Shown here piece by piece: positions 9,663 to 21,249 of a stretch of DNA of 64,000 nt. The first letter of the stretch is position 1. Every line of letters begins with the position of its first letter. The translations under genes and the position numbers were made by a program. Source of the stretch: an uncultured Acidobacteriota bacterium. GTDB taxonomy: Bacteria; Acidobacteriota; UBA4820; DSQY01. A model generated the notes under the pieces. That model was given only the letters and a program-made list of their open reading frames with translations. It did not search any database and had not been told where the DNA came from. Location of the stretch: NCBI GenBank assembly GCA_963724125.1, contig CAVRTJ010000009.1:19524-83523 (forward strand), read 5' to 3'.

Positions 9663-10329
9663 ATGAGCATTGTGATCCTGTGCAGCGCCCAGGGCGTGGA
9701 TGGCCCACTCGGACATCCGATCCTCAAGAGAGAGGACATCGAGCTTTCAGTCTTCGATGAACTGCCCAGAGCTTTTATCGAACTCAAATCCAAGCGAGTC
9801 GACCTTCTGATCCTCGAGGAGGGGGGAAGCGTCGAGGAAACGCTGGCCCTGGTTCGCCGCGTGGGAGACGTGACCGCCAATGTCGACATTAAAATCATCT
9901 GCCTGTGGAAAACACGCACCCCCTGCCGACCTGCCGGAGTCTCTCGCTCTGTCCCTCCCCTTCCCGCCTCCCGCGGACGAGTTCGAGAAGGCCATAACCG
10001 AGGCCCTCGCCGTAGAGTCCAGGAAGGCCAGGCGCGTCCTGCTGCGGATGGGCCTTTCCATCCGTACGGGCGAGCAGAGTTTTCTGTGTTCCACGGTGGA
10101 TGTAAGCCGGACCGGTTTTCTCGTCGAATGCAATCGCACACTCCAGTTGAACGCCATTTATGACGTCAGGTTCATGGGCCTGCCCGGACGTCCGCTGCCC
10201 CAGTTCCGTGCCCGCGTGGTGAGGGAGAAGCCTCCCAAGGCCAAACTCAGGCTCCGTTATTACGCCTGTGCCTTCGACGGCATGCCGCCGGAGGACGTCG
10301 AGCGGCTCGCCGAGGCCCTGGATCTCTGA
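9663..10329 (+). CDS. Degenerate receiver domain fused to a PilZ domain (frameshift at ~9910)
   Basis: REC-like N-terminus (RVDLLILEE); second frame carries PilZ motifs RKARR and DVSRTG. Confidence 0.7.
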
Positions 10330-10532
10330 GAAGCCCAGGCGGAAGCCGGACCGTCATCAATTCAGCTTTTGAGCAGCAATCAGGATCGTGCCGACGGGCC
10401 CGGTTCGTCTCGCCGTCTGGCGCAATCCCGCCTTCGTTGCTACAATCTTCTTGAATTGGCTTCACATGGCGCGATCCGGTCAACGACCCCGCGGGACCGC
10501 ACCTTGAGGAACAGGGGAAAGGGGGAAAGAAC

Positions 10533-12108
10533 ATGACTGCGAGATTTCGGTGTCTTGCGCTGTTACTGATCATCACTCTGGCATTTGCCGTGACAACGCC
10601 GTGCCAGCAACCTGCGGCTGCGGCGGCTGCCGGACCGAAGGCCCAGCAGGCCAAGGGTCTGATCGATCAAGGCAAGAATGCGGAGGCCCTCACCGTTGCT
10701 GAAGCGGGCCTCAAGGCCGACCCGTGGAATCCCGACCTCGGCTACTTCAAGATCAAGGCTCTCCTCAATCTCGGCCGCTACATGGACGCGGCCCGCACCG
10801 CCCTGCAGATGGCGGCAAAGAATCCCGAGCACCAGGAATTCCGGTACCTTGCCGGCGAGAGCGCCTACCAGATGGGCATGATCCCGCAAGCCGTCAAGAA
10901 CTGGTCCGTCCTTTTCCAGGACAAGGAGTGGAGCGAGCTCGCCTGCCGGCGCGCCGTTCTCGCGCTCTAAGGCGAGCCGGAAAGGAACAGCAGGCGCTGA
11001 AGCTCCTCAGGGAGACGGTGGCCAGAGTGGGACAACCCGCCCGTCGGGCTCTTGAGGCTCGACCTCAACCTGACGACCGACGTGGCCGAGGGCGTCAAGC
11101 TCTCGGACAGGCTCATCAAGGCCGACCCCTCCAACAAGGGCGAATACGACGCCTTGAAGGACATCTTCGAGGCCGCCGGTTCGGGCTCCCTGTTCGAGGA
11201 GGCGCCCATCAAGTCCTTGCCTGTCACCATCCCCATCAAGGAGAAGTCCGAATACAAGGATCTTTCGTCTCTGACGTGGGGCTCAAGGGACATAGGCACC
11301 GACCGCGTGTCCACGACGACACAGGTGGTCGTGCCCTGCTCCATCGACGGCAGCAGCGACATGCCCGTTCTGCTGGACAGCGGCTCGGACACCATGCTGG
11401 TCAGCCCCGAATGGGTCAAGAAGCTCGGCCTGAAGCCCGTGGCAACCGCCGAGTACGTCGGGCTGGGCGTCCGGGGGCCCCAGAAATCCAACTGGGTCCT
11501 TCTTAAGAAGGTCGAGATCGGCCCCGTGACGATCAAGAACGTGCCCGCCATGGTCATCAGCGAGAACGAGGACTTCTTCAAGCGGGTCGGCGGTATCCTG
11601 CCGCTGTCCATCCTGCGGCATCACGCTCTCCTCTACGACCGCCGTCACAGCAAGCTCGTCCTCTATCCCAGCGGCACCTCGCCGGCCTCCGTTCTGGGCA
11701 AAGGCACGTACGTCGTCAAGTCGCTCTGGCCCTACGACAAGCCCTTCGTGCAGGTCTCGATCAACGGTCACCGCGGCCTGTACTGCATGGTGGACACGGG
11801 CGCCTATACCACCCACCTCTCGCTGAACAAGATGGAGGCTCTCGACATCAAGCCGAACTCCGGCCGCTACAGTTCCGCCACGGGCTCCGGCCTTTCCGGG
11901 ATCCTATTCCGCGCCGATCGCCAGCAACGTGGAGATGATCCTGGGCAGGACCCGCTTCAACATGCACACGGTCCTGCTCGCAAACCTGGGCGAGGGGTAC
12001 GGGATCGACTGCTACGGCCTGTTGGGCCGCCGCGACGTCCTGGACATCCTCAACATGTTCTTCGACTACGAAGCCAACGTCATCGCCTTCACGCCGTACG
12101 ACAAGTAA
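10533..12108 (+). CDS. Secreted TPR-containing aspartyl protease with two retropepsin-like domains (frameshifts at ~10970 and ~11910)
   Basis: Signal peptide, TPR-like helices, catalytic motifs LLDSGS and MVDTGA, GGILP/YGLLG motifs, ends FFDYEANVIAFTPYDK. Confidence 0.75.
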
Positions 12109-12135
12109 GGGCCGGCATCCGGGCCGACAAAAGGA

Positions 12136-12161
12136 AAAGGGCGGGCAAAAGCCCGCCCTTT
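12136..12161. terminator. Bidirectional terminator between convergent genes
   Basis: AAAGGGCGGGC-AAAA-GCCCGCCCTTT. Confidence 0.8.
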
Positions 12162-12283
12162 CTGCGCCGCCTTCGGCGGCACGGGTGAAGAAAGGAGTTG
12201 CACGGTTTTCCCCGAATCGGAAAACCATCTGCGGCATGTCCACTCGGACCTGATAAGGCCCTTCTCGCCGAGGCTGAAGTCGA

Positions 12284-14271
12284 TCAACCGCCACCTTTTC
12301 CGGTGACCGGGGTTCCTTTGAGTCTGAGAACGACGGCCGGCGTCTCCTTCGGCCAGTCCACGCGGACGAGGTTGCCGGCGTCGTTCAGGAAGTAGCGCGC
12401 CACCCGGCCCGCCGGCCAGGCCCAGAATGTGCTCAGAACCTGCACGGGATGAAGGCCGGGGAGTGTTCGTACTGTATTCGTTTTCAACGACCACAGGTCG
12501 ACTTTTCCACCATTCAACCGCCCCTTGCTGATGGACCATGCGGAGAGCATCACCGCTCCGGGCGCGGGTGTCCCTTTGTAAGTCATCAGCATTGAGCCAG
12601 GAAGTACAGTACTCTTGATTGTGTCGCCCTGCGCGTCCCATAGAGTGAGGACTGTATTGCCTTCTCTTCTCTCTGTCGTGACGATCCGTCCGTCCATCAG
12701 AAACCAACCTGAAAAGAGGCCGCCTGACGAAACAAGTCTTTTCACTACCTGCCCCGAGAGAGGATCCACCAGCGCAAGTCCCTTATGGAGGCCGACCAGC
12801 AGCGTATCCCCGGATGGGCTGAACCGTACGGCCGTGTAGTTCACGTTTTCGATCCGGCCTGTGATCGATATTTTCCTGGCCGCCACGTCGAAGCGTGCAA
12901 GGGTGTACGCGGCCGGCGCTCTGGTCGGCCCCGTGCCTCCGGTGAGACCGTAGATAACCAACCGGTCGTCGCCTTGGAAATGACCTCGCCAATAGTATTT
13001 TTCGTTAACGGAGGTTATCCTGGGCAGCCGTGCGCTCGCCAGGGCGTGGAGATCCGGCAGGTCGTAGACCGTCACTTGCCCCTTCAGGAAGAGAGCGAAC
13101 CGGGAGGAATCTCCTGAAAACACCATCGATGACGACCAGGCCTCGTCGCGGTTCATGACGATGCCCGTGTCTTCGAAGCTGGGCTTCGGCCCCGAAAGGT
13201 CCGCGATGGACACCTCGAACCTCGGGCGTCTAAGGCTCCCCGTGTTCTTGAGCCAAATGCACCAGCGCCCGTCCGGAGAAAGCAGAGGCCTGTGGTTCCA
13301 GAGGTCCACCGGCAGCCTGTGCCAGGCGCCCGTGGACGCGTTGAGCAGAAAATCGGAGTAGAAGAACGCACCGTGCTGCGGCGTGCTGCCTCCGACGACC
13401 AGCCAGTCGCCGCGGGCCGGCGCCTGGACGCTCGACACGCGGCCCAGGTCCTGCGGTTCCAGGTTCGCGGCTGACCACGAATAGGCGAACAGGGATACGC
13501 CTCCCGCCGCGAGAACGATCCAGAGCACGGCCGAGAGAACCTTGTGCCCCCGTTTCGGATCCGTCCGCCCCAGGGCGACCTGCGACGCGCCGGCCGCAAG
13601 AAACGCGAGGAGGACGAGCACAACGGCGGCGAGGACCACCGTCGGAACGGCGAGCCAGGCCCCCCAGTCCATGAGGTGGTGCAGCATGGCGATGACGCCC
13701 CAGATGAAACCCGCCGCCAAGATCCCGTCGAGAAGAACCAGGGGGGACCTGGAGCGGAACATCACCCCGAGCGCGTGCGAAGCCGCTATGACGATCAGCA
13801 GCGACACGGCCGCCGCGGCGATCAACAAGATGCCAGACAGATTGGGGCCTCCGATATTCATGAGGTACCACGGGTTGGACGGAGCGGTTCAGCGGAGGCG
13901 TCCCGGCGCCCGCCAGAACAGCGGGGAGCAGCACGAGGATCGACGCTGCCCAGAACCAGCGCGTAAGCCGCGCCCATTTTGCCCGCCCAGAGCCCCAAAG
14001 ACGAAACGGGCTTGGACAGAAAGAAGCCCAGCCGGTTCTCGGAGAGGTCCCGTCCCAGGATGGTGGCGCCCAGCCCCGCGGCCAGGCCGAACCCCAGAAA
14101 CGCGGCCAGAGGATAGGCCAGGGCGGACAGACATTCGCGGAAGGCGAACCCGGAGGTCTTCTGAGCCGCCCAGGCCAGGGGGAAGGCGAACAATCCGGCG
14201 GCCAGCGCCGCCAGGAAGGTGAAGCGCCGCTCCCGGATCTCCCTCGCGAACACGGATGCAAGACTACGCAT
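12284..14271 (-). CDS. ABC transporter permease-like membrane protein with a C-terminal beta-propeller (frameshift at ~13940)
   Basis: FAREIRER start, GRDLSENRLGFFLSKPVS..LWAGK ABC-2-type motif, several TM helices, then LSPDGRW, FSGDSSR, FSPSGDT propeller repeats. Confidence 0.75.
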
Positions 14272-15190
14272 GGTGAGCCTCCTCTTCTCCCGAAAGGGCG
14301 ACGAAGACGTCTTCGAGCGTCATGGATGAGGCATCGGGATCGATCACTCCGGGCGCGGCCGCGAAGGCGGCGAAGGACTCCTCGCCGTAAGCCTGCACGA
14401 CGGCCTCCTCACCCCAGGGCCGTTGGGACACGCGGAGCGGCCGCATGGCCTCGAGGGCGCGGTCCGATTCCCCCGACTGCCCGTTCCGCCCGAAGGTCAC
14501 GACCCGGAAGCGGGCCTTGAGCGACTCCATGGGTTCGTCCAGCAGGAGGCGGCCCCCGTTCATGATGCCGGCGTGGTCCGCAATGCCTTCCACGCCCGCA
14601 AGATCGTGGCTCGTCAGGAAGACGGTTGTGCCCCGATCGGCCAGTTCGCTCACGAGTTCCTGGAAAAAGCTCTTGCGCGCCACCGCGTCCAGCCCCAGCG
14701 TCGGATCGTCAAGGACCAGCAGGTCCGGCAAAGGTCCCAACGCCAGCGCCAGCATGAGCTGACCCTTCTGGCCCTTCGACAGACGGCCGAAGGGCAAGTT
14801 CGCCGGTACCTGGAAGCGCTGCAGTCGATCCCGCACCCCGCGCCCGTCCCAGGAGGCGTAGAGCTTCGAGCAGAAAGCTTCGAGCTGATTCGCCGTCATG
14901 CCGGGGGGCGCGTCGGGCTCTTCGGGCACCACGCCGATGCGGGCCATGAGGTGCGCGCGCCGCTTCCACGGATCCTCGCCGAAAAGCGCTATGGTCCCCA
15001 CCTGCGCTTTGCGCTGGCCGAGCAGACACCGGATGAGCGAGGTCTTGCCCGCGCCGTTGCGCCCCAGCAGGGCGTACACGGATCCTTTCTCCACGGCCAG
15101 ACCGACCGAGTCGGCGGCGAGCGTGCTGCCGTAGCGGACGGTGACATCTTCGAATGCGATCACTGTGGCGTTTCCGTTTCGTTCACTCAT
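14264..15190 (-). CDS. ABC transporter ATP-binding protein (YtrB-like)
   Basis: Walker A GRNGAGKT, signature LSKGQ, Walker B LLVLDDP, TSH switch. Confidence 0.92.
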   Translation of the reverse strand: MSERNGNATVIAFEDVTVRYGSTLAADSVGLAVEKGSVYALLGRNGAGKTSLIRCLLGQRKAQVGTIALFGEDPWKRRAHLMARIGVVPEEPDAPPGMTANQLEAFCSKLYASWDGRGVRDRLQRFQVPANLPFGRLSKGQKGQLMLALALGPLPDLLVLDDPTLGLDAVARKSFFQELVSELADRGTTVFLTSHDLAGVEGIADHAGIMNGGRLLLDEPMESLKARFRVVTFGRNGQSGESDRALEAMRPLRVSQRPWGEEAVVQAYGEESFAAFAAAPGVIDPDASSMTLEDVFVALSGEEEAHHA

Positions 15191-15589
15191 GGCCTGCCTC
15201 CGTCGCCGTCCAGGTCGTCCCAGGCGCTTGAAAGTTCGTCCGCGGCTTCTTCGCGAGCGGCGCCCAGGGTGATGGCCAGGCTCGCGTAGCGCCCCGCGCC
15301 TTCGCGCAGGGCCTCCTTCCGCTCGCCTTTCTTGAGCGCGGGCGGGTTCTCTTCAACGAAGGTGCCCTCTCCCCGCTTGACCTTGAGAACCCCCGCCGTC
15401 CGACAACCTCTGATAGGCCTTCGCGACGGTCGCGGGATTCACTCGAAGGTTCTTTGCGAGTTCTCTTACCGAGGGCACCGGCGCACCGCGCGGCATGGCA
15501 CCCGCCGCCACGAGCCTCCTGATCCCCTCCTCGATCTGCTTCCAGACCGGCACGGCGTCCGAGGGATCCACCACCAGCTTTCTCTGCAT
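15187..15589 (-). CDS. GntR family (YtrA subfamily) transcriptional regulator (frameshift at ~15400)
   Basis: PVWKQI...PSVRELAKNLRVNPATVAKAYQRL then VKRGEGTFV; ATGA overlap with the ABC ATPase start. Confidence 0.88.
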
Positions 15590-15622
15590 ACTCATACCTC
15601 CCGAATGCGCCCGAAGCATCCT

Positions 15623-15662
15623 AGTGTATTAGTACTGTAGTACACTTGGCCGGCGTTGTCAA
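15623..15662 (-). promoter_or_regulatory. YtrA-type operator overlapping a sigma70 promoter
   Basis: Palindrome AGTGTA-N12-TACACT at 15623-15646; minus-strand TTGACA (15657-15662), 17 nt, then TACAGT (15634-15639). Confidence 0.8.
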
Positions 15663-15672
15663 GGGGGAGGTT

Positions 15673-16100
15673 GGATTTGGGATTTGGGAATTGGGATTGC
15701 GGATTGAAATGCGGCAACCGGCGCGTCTTCGAAGAAACTGCCCATGACGTGATCACTAGATCACTCGGTCACTTTTTGAAAGGCTGAAAGGCTAGGGCTA
15801 AAGGAAAAGACGGCAGACAGAAGGCCTTCGAAGACCGGGCCCCTGCGGTGTGGTAAATGAGAGCCAATTCTTACCCCTGTCCTCGCTCCCTCCCTGTCCA
15901 GACCAAAACTCCGCGTTGGCTCGCCTTCTGGATGGTGTTCAAGTGGTTTCGTGTATGCCCGGCCCTACGACCCTCGGGGCCACCCTGCGCAGCTTTCACC
16001 TTCTTCATTCGGCCCCTCTCACCGTCTCACCGTCTCACTGTTAATTCCCGAAATTGTCACTGCGCGCTCTGTGGTTTGTCCGCAATTCCAAATCCGACAT
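15673..16100. repeat. Composite intergenic repeat element 2
   Basis: GATTTGG arm 15673-15706, core TCTTCGAAGA 15726-15735, inverted GATCACT arm 15749-15773, AAGGCT arm 15779-15804, core 15825-15834, TCTCACCG x3 16017-16039, GCTCTGTGGTTT 16066-16077. Confidence 0.85.
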
Positions 16101-16155
16101 TCCCTCCACTTGGCAAAAGCGTTTCGGTCGGTTACCATTTTGCGTTGGAGGATGG

Positions 16156-17259
16156 ATGGACAGCAGAATCCTGGAGGGGTCACTCAAGGCCATCAGCGTT
16201 CCCGACCTGCTGACCTTTATCAACATGATCAAGAAGACAGGCGTTCTGTCCTTGCGCCATGACGAGCGCGTGCGCAGGGTCTTCTGGGAGCGCGGCGAGA
16301 TGATCTTCGCCAGTTCCTCGGACCCAGACGAGGCGCTGGGCAACTTCCTCCTCCGTCACGGGAAGATCACCCAGGAACAGAACATGAAGTCAGGCCTCAT
16401 GGTCAGCCCGGGAACGCGCCAGGGCAAGGCCCTCGTGCAGATGGGCGTCCTCACGCCGAAGGAACTCTGGTGGGCCGTCAAGAACCAGGTCCTGGAAATT
16501 ATCTATGCCTGCTTTACGCTGGAGGACGGCGTCTTTTTCTTCGAGGAAGCGGAGGAGGCTCACGAAGAGAAGATCAGGCTCTCCACGTCCACCACCAACA
16601 TCATCATGGAGGGCATCCGGCGGCTGGACGAATGGCCCCGAATCCGCGAACTCATCCCGAACGACCACCTTGTGCCCAGGCTTTCGCCGGCCGAGGCTCG
16701 CGACCCCGACGTCAGGTTCCTGGAGGGGGAACAGGCCATCCTGACGCTCGTCGACGGGAACCGCAGCGTCCGGGAGATCATCCACCTTGCGGAACTGGAC
16801 GAGTTCGAGACGCTCCGGGTCCTGATGTCCCTCATCCTGGCGCGTTACATCGCGATTCCGGAACTCCAGGCCTCAGAACAAAACGACGACCTGGACGACG
16901 CCTCCGCACTCGACGGACTCGTGGTGACCTACAATAGGATCTTCTCGAGGATCATCGGCACACTGGCCGGGCACCTCGGGGACGACGGGCTCGCCCTTTT
17001 TACCGCGACCGCCGTGGAATCCTCGAAGAACGCCGTTTTGGAAGGCGTCAGGTTCGACGAACACGGATGCCTGGACGTCAAAACGCTCATCGCCAACGTC
17101 GCGGACTACCACGTGGAGGAGCGCGTCTCCGTCCTGGACGGAGCGCTGAGCAACCTGCTGTCCTTCTTCCTGTTCGAGGCGAGCAGGCACCTCACTCCGG
17201 AAGAAAAGAACGCCATCTACCGCATGGCGGGCGAAAGGTCTTCGCCGGCGTCGCTGTGA
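16156..17259 (+). CDS. DUF4388 (PATAN-like) domain protein
   Basis: LEGSLKAISVPDLLTFI..KKTGVL, LGNFLLRHGKIT, GKALVQMG, IIMEGIRRLDEW, VDGNRSVREI; GGAGG RBS. Confidence 0.8.
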   Translation: MDSRILEGSLKAISVPDLLTFINMIKKTGVLSLRHDERVRRVFWERGEMIFASSSDPDEALGNFLLRHGKITQEQNMKSGLMVSPGTRQGKALVQMGVLTPKELWWAVKNQVLEIIYACFTLEDGVFFFEEAEEAHEEKIRLSTSTTNIIMEGIRRLDEWPRIRELIPNDHLVPRLSPAEARDPDVRFLEGEQAILTLVDGNRSVREIIHLAELDEFETLRVLMSLILARYIAIPELQASEQNDDLDDASALDGLVVTYNRIFSRIIGTLAGHLGDDGLALFTATAVESSKNAVLEGVRFDEHGCLDVKTLIANVADYHVEERVSVLDGALSNLLSFFLFEASRHLTPEEKNAIYRMAGERSSPASL

Positions 17260-18211
17260 CCCGGGACCTCACCGGGACCGATCTCTTGCAATACGGGTGT
17301 TTCGTCCTTGGGCACAACCGGCACGTCGGTGCGGGCGGTCTCTGCCCGCGGCGCGAGAAAATGTCTGCTGTAGGCCACTTGCGCCCTGGCTTCGCCGACC
17401 CTGAGGTAGGCTACCACAAGGAACCCGGCCTGCAGCAGGACCGCCGTGGCGAACCACCGCCCCGTGCTCTCGTACCCGGGGCTCAGGATGAAGACGGCGA
17501 GCACCATGACGATCGCGCGGGCCGCGTTGAAGAGCCACGTCACGACGTTGACCGGTACGAAGCGCCGGAACGTGAAGACGACGCTCCGCACGAAGCACAG
17601 GCCCATGCCCTCCTCCCGTCCGATAAGGACCCACCGTGCCTGCCCGTAACCGACGCTGTTCCGAAAGAGATTCAGAACAAAGAGGACCGTCCCCAAAGTG
17701 ATATCCAGAAAAGGTGCCAGGGTTTTGCCGGGTCCATGGAGCCGTGGACGCCGTGCCAGGCCGCCACCAGGAAGACGCCGACGCCCACGCCCACGATGAC
17801 CCACAGCACGAGGTTGAAAAGGAAGAGCGCCGAGAAAGGCAGTACGTTGGCCGCCGCCCCCCTCCAGAAAGAACGCCAGCCGCCGGATTTCTCGGAAGCC
17901 TGCGCGTAAACGCCGGCCATTAAAAAGAGCCCCAGTACGACGGAAAAGAGGACGAGGTAAAGCAGCATGGCGTTGGCCGCCGCCCAGAACGCCGGCTGTT
18001 TCATGGCGCTGTTGATAAGCATGTCCAGTCCGCCGCCCCCGAGAAGTGCCTTCGACGCCGGGGCCTTGTCGAAAAGTACGTGGAACCCCCTGCGCATGGG
18101 ATTGATGGCGATTGTTGCCAGGACGAAGCCGGAAAACCACACCAGCAGCGTTCCCAAGGTCTTCCCCCTGCCGCGAAAGAGACCGTTGCCGATGGCCCGT
18201 GCCCATTCCAT
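17217..18211 (-). CDS. Multi-pass membrane protein linked to the M1 peptidase (frameshift at ~17720)
   Basis: Several hydrophobic helices across two frames; GAGGAGG RBS directly after the peptidase stop. Confidence 0.65.
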
Positions 18212-18223
18212 TGGGTGACCTCC

Positions 18224-20281
18224 TCAGAGAACGTTGAACAGTATGGCCGCGATGGTCTGGTAGAGGGTCCGGCCGCGCGTCGTCATGCTCCGCGCGACGG
18301 CTCCGTCACCCTCACTCACCCAGGCGTTGTTCAAGCGGTTCAGGTCCAGCGGGACGCGGTCCCCCGGGTCCGCCACCACGCGTACCACCTTGGGGCCGGT
18401 GAACCGCCAGGTCGTGTACCGTCCTTGCCGTCCCAGTGCGCCACCTTTGAACTGCCGTCGGCGAAGGTGACCTTGACGTCCACGGGGAGGACGAGACTGC
18501 CGCGGCGTTCAACCACGACGGTCGAATGGTAGGTCTCCTTGTCCGCCTTACCGCCTTAGCCCTGGCTTTCCCCTTTTCGGTCCCCTTGCCCCCTTTCACT
18601 CCATCCTTCGCGTAGAGTTTCGGCATACCTCCGCTCAGGTCGTAGCCCGCGGGCTTTTCGTCGGGCACGTTGCGGACCCTTGCCACGCGGAAGTCCACAG
18701 TGCCCGTTCCGTAGAGCATGGGTGTCAAGACGGGCGAAAGGTCCTTGCCCGCCGCCTCGGAAACGATTCGGATAAAATCGCGCGTATCGGGGTGGGTGAA
18801 CTTGACCTGCATGAAAAAAGCGCGCATAACCCTGTCCATCTCCTTTTGGCCCAGCATGTTCTCCAGGGTCTTGAGGACGAGCGCCGTCTTGTAGTAGGTG
18901 ATTGCTCCGTACGAGCCGTTGGAGTAGTACTTCCAGGCGTCTTTCACGATGGGGTCCATGGACGGCATGGAGAGATAGGCGATACGCGCCTGGGCCCGCT
19001 CCCCAAGGGACCAGCCCCACAGGTCGTCCACAAACGATCGCCGGGACCGTACCACTTGTCCATGATCCGGGCTTCGTAGTAGGAGTTGATACCCTCGTCG
19101 AGCCAAGCCCGCTCGAATTCGTTGTTGGCCTCCATGCCGTACCAGTACTGGTGGCCGAACTCGTGAACAACCGTGATCTGCGGGATGAGGATGCTGCGCC
19201 CGAGGAAGGGACTCGCCCCCGCCGTGATAAGCGTCGGGTATTCCATGCCCCCGGCCCCCATTCCGTTGAGCGGAGGGTCTATGATGGTGATCTCCGGATA
19301 GGGGTATTTCCAGATCCACTTCGCAAAGTCTGCCAGTGCCTCCTTTACCGATGCGAAGTAGATCGGAATGCTCCCACGGTTGCCCGGCTGCATGAGTACC
19401 CTTATCTTGACTCCCTCCCACGTCTCGGTCCTGTCCACGAAGTCCGGCTGGGCCGCCCAAGCGAAGTCGTGGACGTCCTCGGCGTGGAATGAAAGGGTCT
19501 TCTCTTTCCCATTCTGCACCTCCCGCCAGAGGATTCCCGTGGCGCCGACGACGTAGTCAGAAGGCACGGTGATGGAGACGTCGTACACGCCGAAGTCCGA
19601 GAAGAACTCGGTGTTGGCGTGGTACTCGTGGCAGTTCCACCCCTTGTCGCCCTGGAAGACGCCTAGTTTAGGAAACCACTGACCGGCCATGTTGAAAGTG
19701 CCGGCGAAACCAGAACGCGCGAAGACGTGCGGGAGCTGGTCCTTGAAACTCACCTCGAAAACGGCCTCTCCGCCTGGAGGAACGGGCGCCGGCAACTCCA
19801 CGCGCATGACCGTGTGATCCTGCTTCGGAAAGACCTGCACCAGCGGGATCTTTTCCGCACCGGTGTCTGCAAGGGAGATACCGGTCACCTCGCAGTAACC
19901 CCAGTGGTTCCTGTCGAAGGAATCGCCTCGCAGCTGCCCCCCTGACTCGGTCATAAAGACCATGTGATCGTTGGCGAACGCGTTCAGGTAAAGGTGAAAC
20001 CACGCGTCCGTCGCCGGCGTGTCCGTAATGTTGCGCCACACGACGCGCTCTTTTCCCGTCAGCGTGTGGGATTTCGCGTCGAGAGCGACGTTTATCGCGT
20101 AGCTGGCGTTGCGCGGCGACATGGGTGTCTGGAAAATCACGGGAGGCTTCAGCGCCGAGTGGGCACCGGGCGGGGAGGCTGGCGCGGCGGCGACCGGCGC
20201 AGCCACGATGGTCAGGAGGGTGAGAAACACCAAAAAGGGGCCGGCTTTCACGTGAGTGCCTCCTCTATCAGGATGTTTCAT
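18224..20281 (-). CDS. Secreted M1 family metallo-aminopeptidase (several frameshifts)
   Basis: Signal peptide, QWFPK, AEDVHDFAW, GGMEYP, HEFGHQYW...E...WLDEG, YYKTA. Confidence 0.9.
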
Positions 20282-20295
20282 TTAATGAGTCTAGT

Positions 20296-21017
20296 CTACG
20301 AGCACTCGTCCTTTTTCAGCTTGACGGGCAGGGCAGGTCCCAGACTAACTTCGGGCGGATCGAAGAGGACCCGGCAGGCCAGTACTTCCACGCCGGCGCG
20401 CACGGAGGCCGCCAGCGCCCTGGCGTAAGCCGGGTCTTTTTCGTAGGCGGGCCTGAAGAAAGAACCGTCTTCGCGATTGACAAGATAGAGCATGACCGCC
20501 CTGACCCCATTCCGGACCATACGGCCCAAGCGCGCCGAGATGTTTCAGCCCTCTCTCGGTGACGGCGTCCGGAAAGCCTATGCCCGCCGTCGGGAGACGG
20601 CCACGTCGTGTTCTTGACTTCCACGTAGCACGGCGGGAGGCCGGACTCCGTAAGGAGAAAGTCCACCCGGCTGTTCCCGTCGTACGGCACTTCCGGTCGC
20701 ACGTTCCCGTATCCCGCGAGTGATGGGACCCTTCCCAGCCTGAGGGCCTCTTCGACGATGCGGTTGGCGCGGTGGGTATTGATGCCGACCCATCCCGACT
20801 TAAGATGGATCCACTCGGCGGTGCAGGACAGTTTTCTTTTGGGATTGTCCGACCTCGAGGCCAAAACCCTCGCGCCCTGTTCAAGACAGCCCTCCATGCT
20901 GCCCGAGTTCGGGCAGTGGACGGTCAGGACCGACCCGTCTTCGAGCTGGAGGTCCATGAGGAACCGCTTATACCTACGGATGAGCCGGCCTTCCACGATT
21001 GGACTCTCAACGATCAT
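20296..21017 (-). CDS. sfsA: Sugar fermentation stimulation protein A, DNA/RNA nuclease (frameshifted)
   Basis: RRYKRFL, HCPNSGSM, SRVDFLL, YVEVKN, FPDAVTERGLKHL, DPAYA. Confidence 0.92.
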
Positions 21018-21048
21018 GCGGCCTCCACGTGACAGGATAACGCAAAGG

Positions 21049-21179
21049 AAGGGCTAAGGGCTAAGGGCCAAGGGCCAAAAGCTAAAGGAAAGAAATAAGG
21101 GCGGCTTGGGACAGGCCTTCGAAGGCCATCCGTTTATCGGCCCTGCTTTAGCCCTTAGCCTTTTGGCCTTAGGCTTTGG
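21049..21179. repeat. Symmetric intergenic repeat element 3
   Basis: AAGGGCT heptamers 21049-21088, perfect 14-bp palindrome GGCCTTCGAAGGCC 21114-21127, inverted AGCCCTT heptamers 21146-21179. Confidence 0.9.
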
Positions 21180-21249
21180 ATGAGGTTTCATCCAGCGTTC
21201 TCCCCCGAAGCCCAACCCTTGAATCTTCTCCTCCTGCTACAATGGCCCC

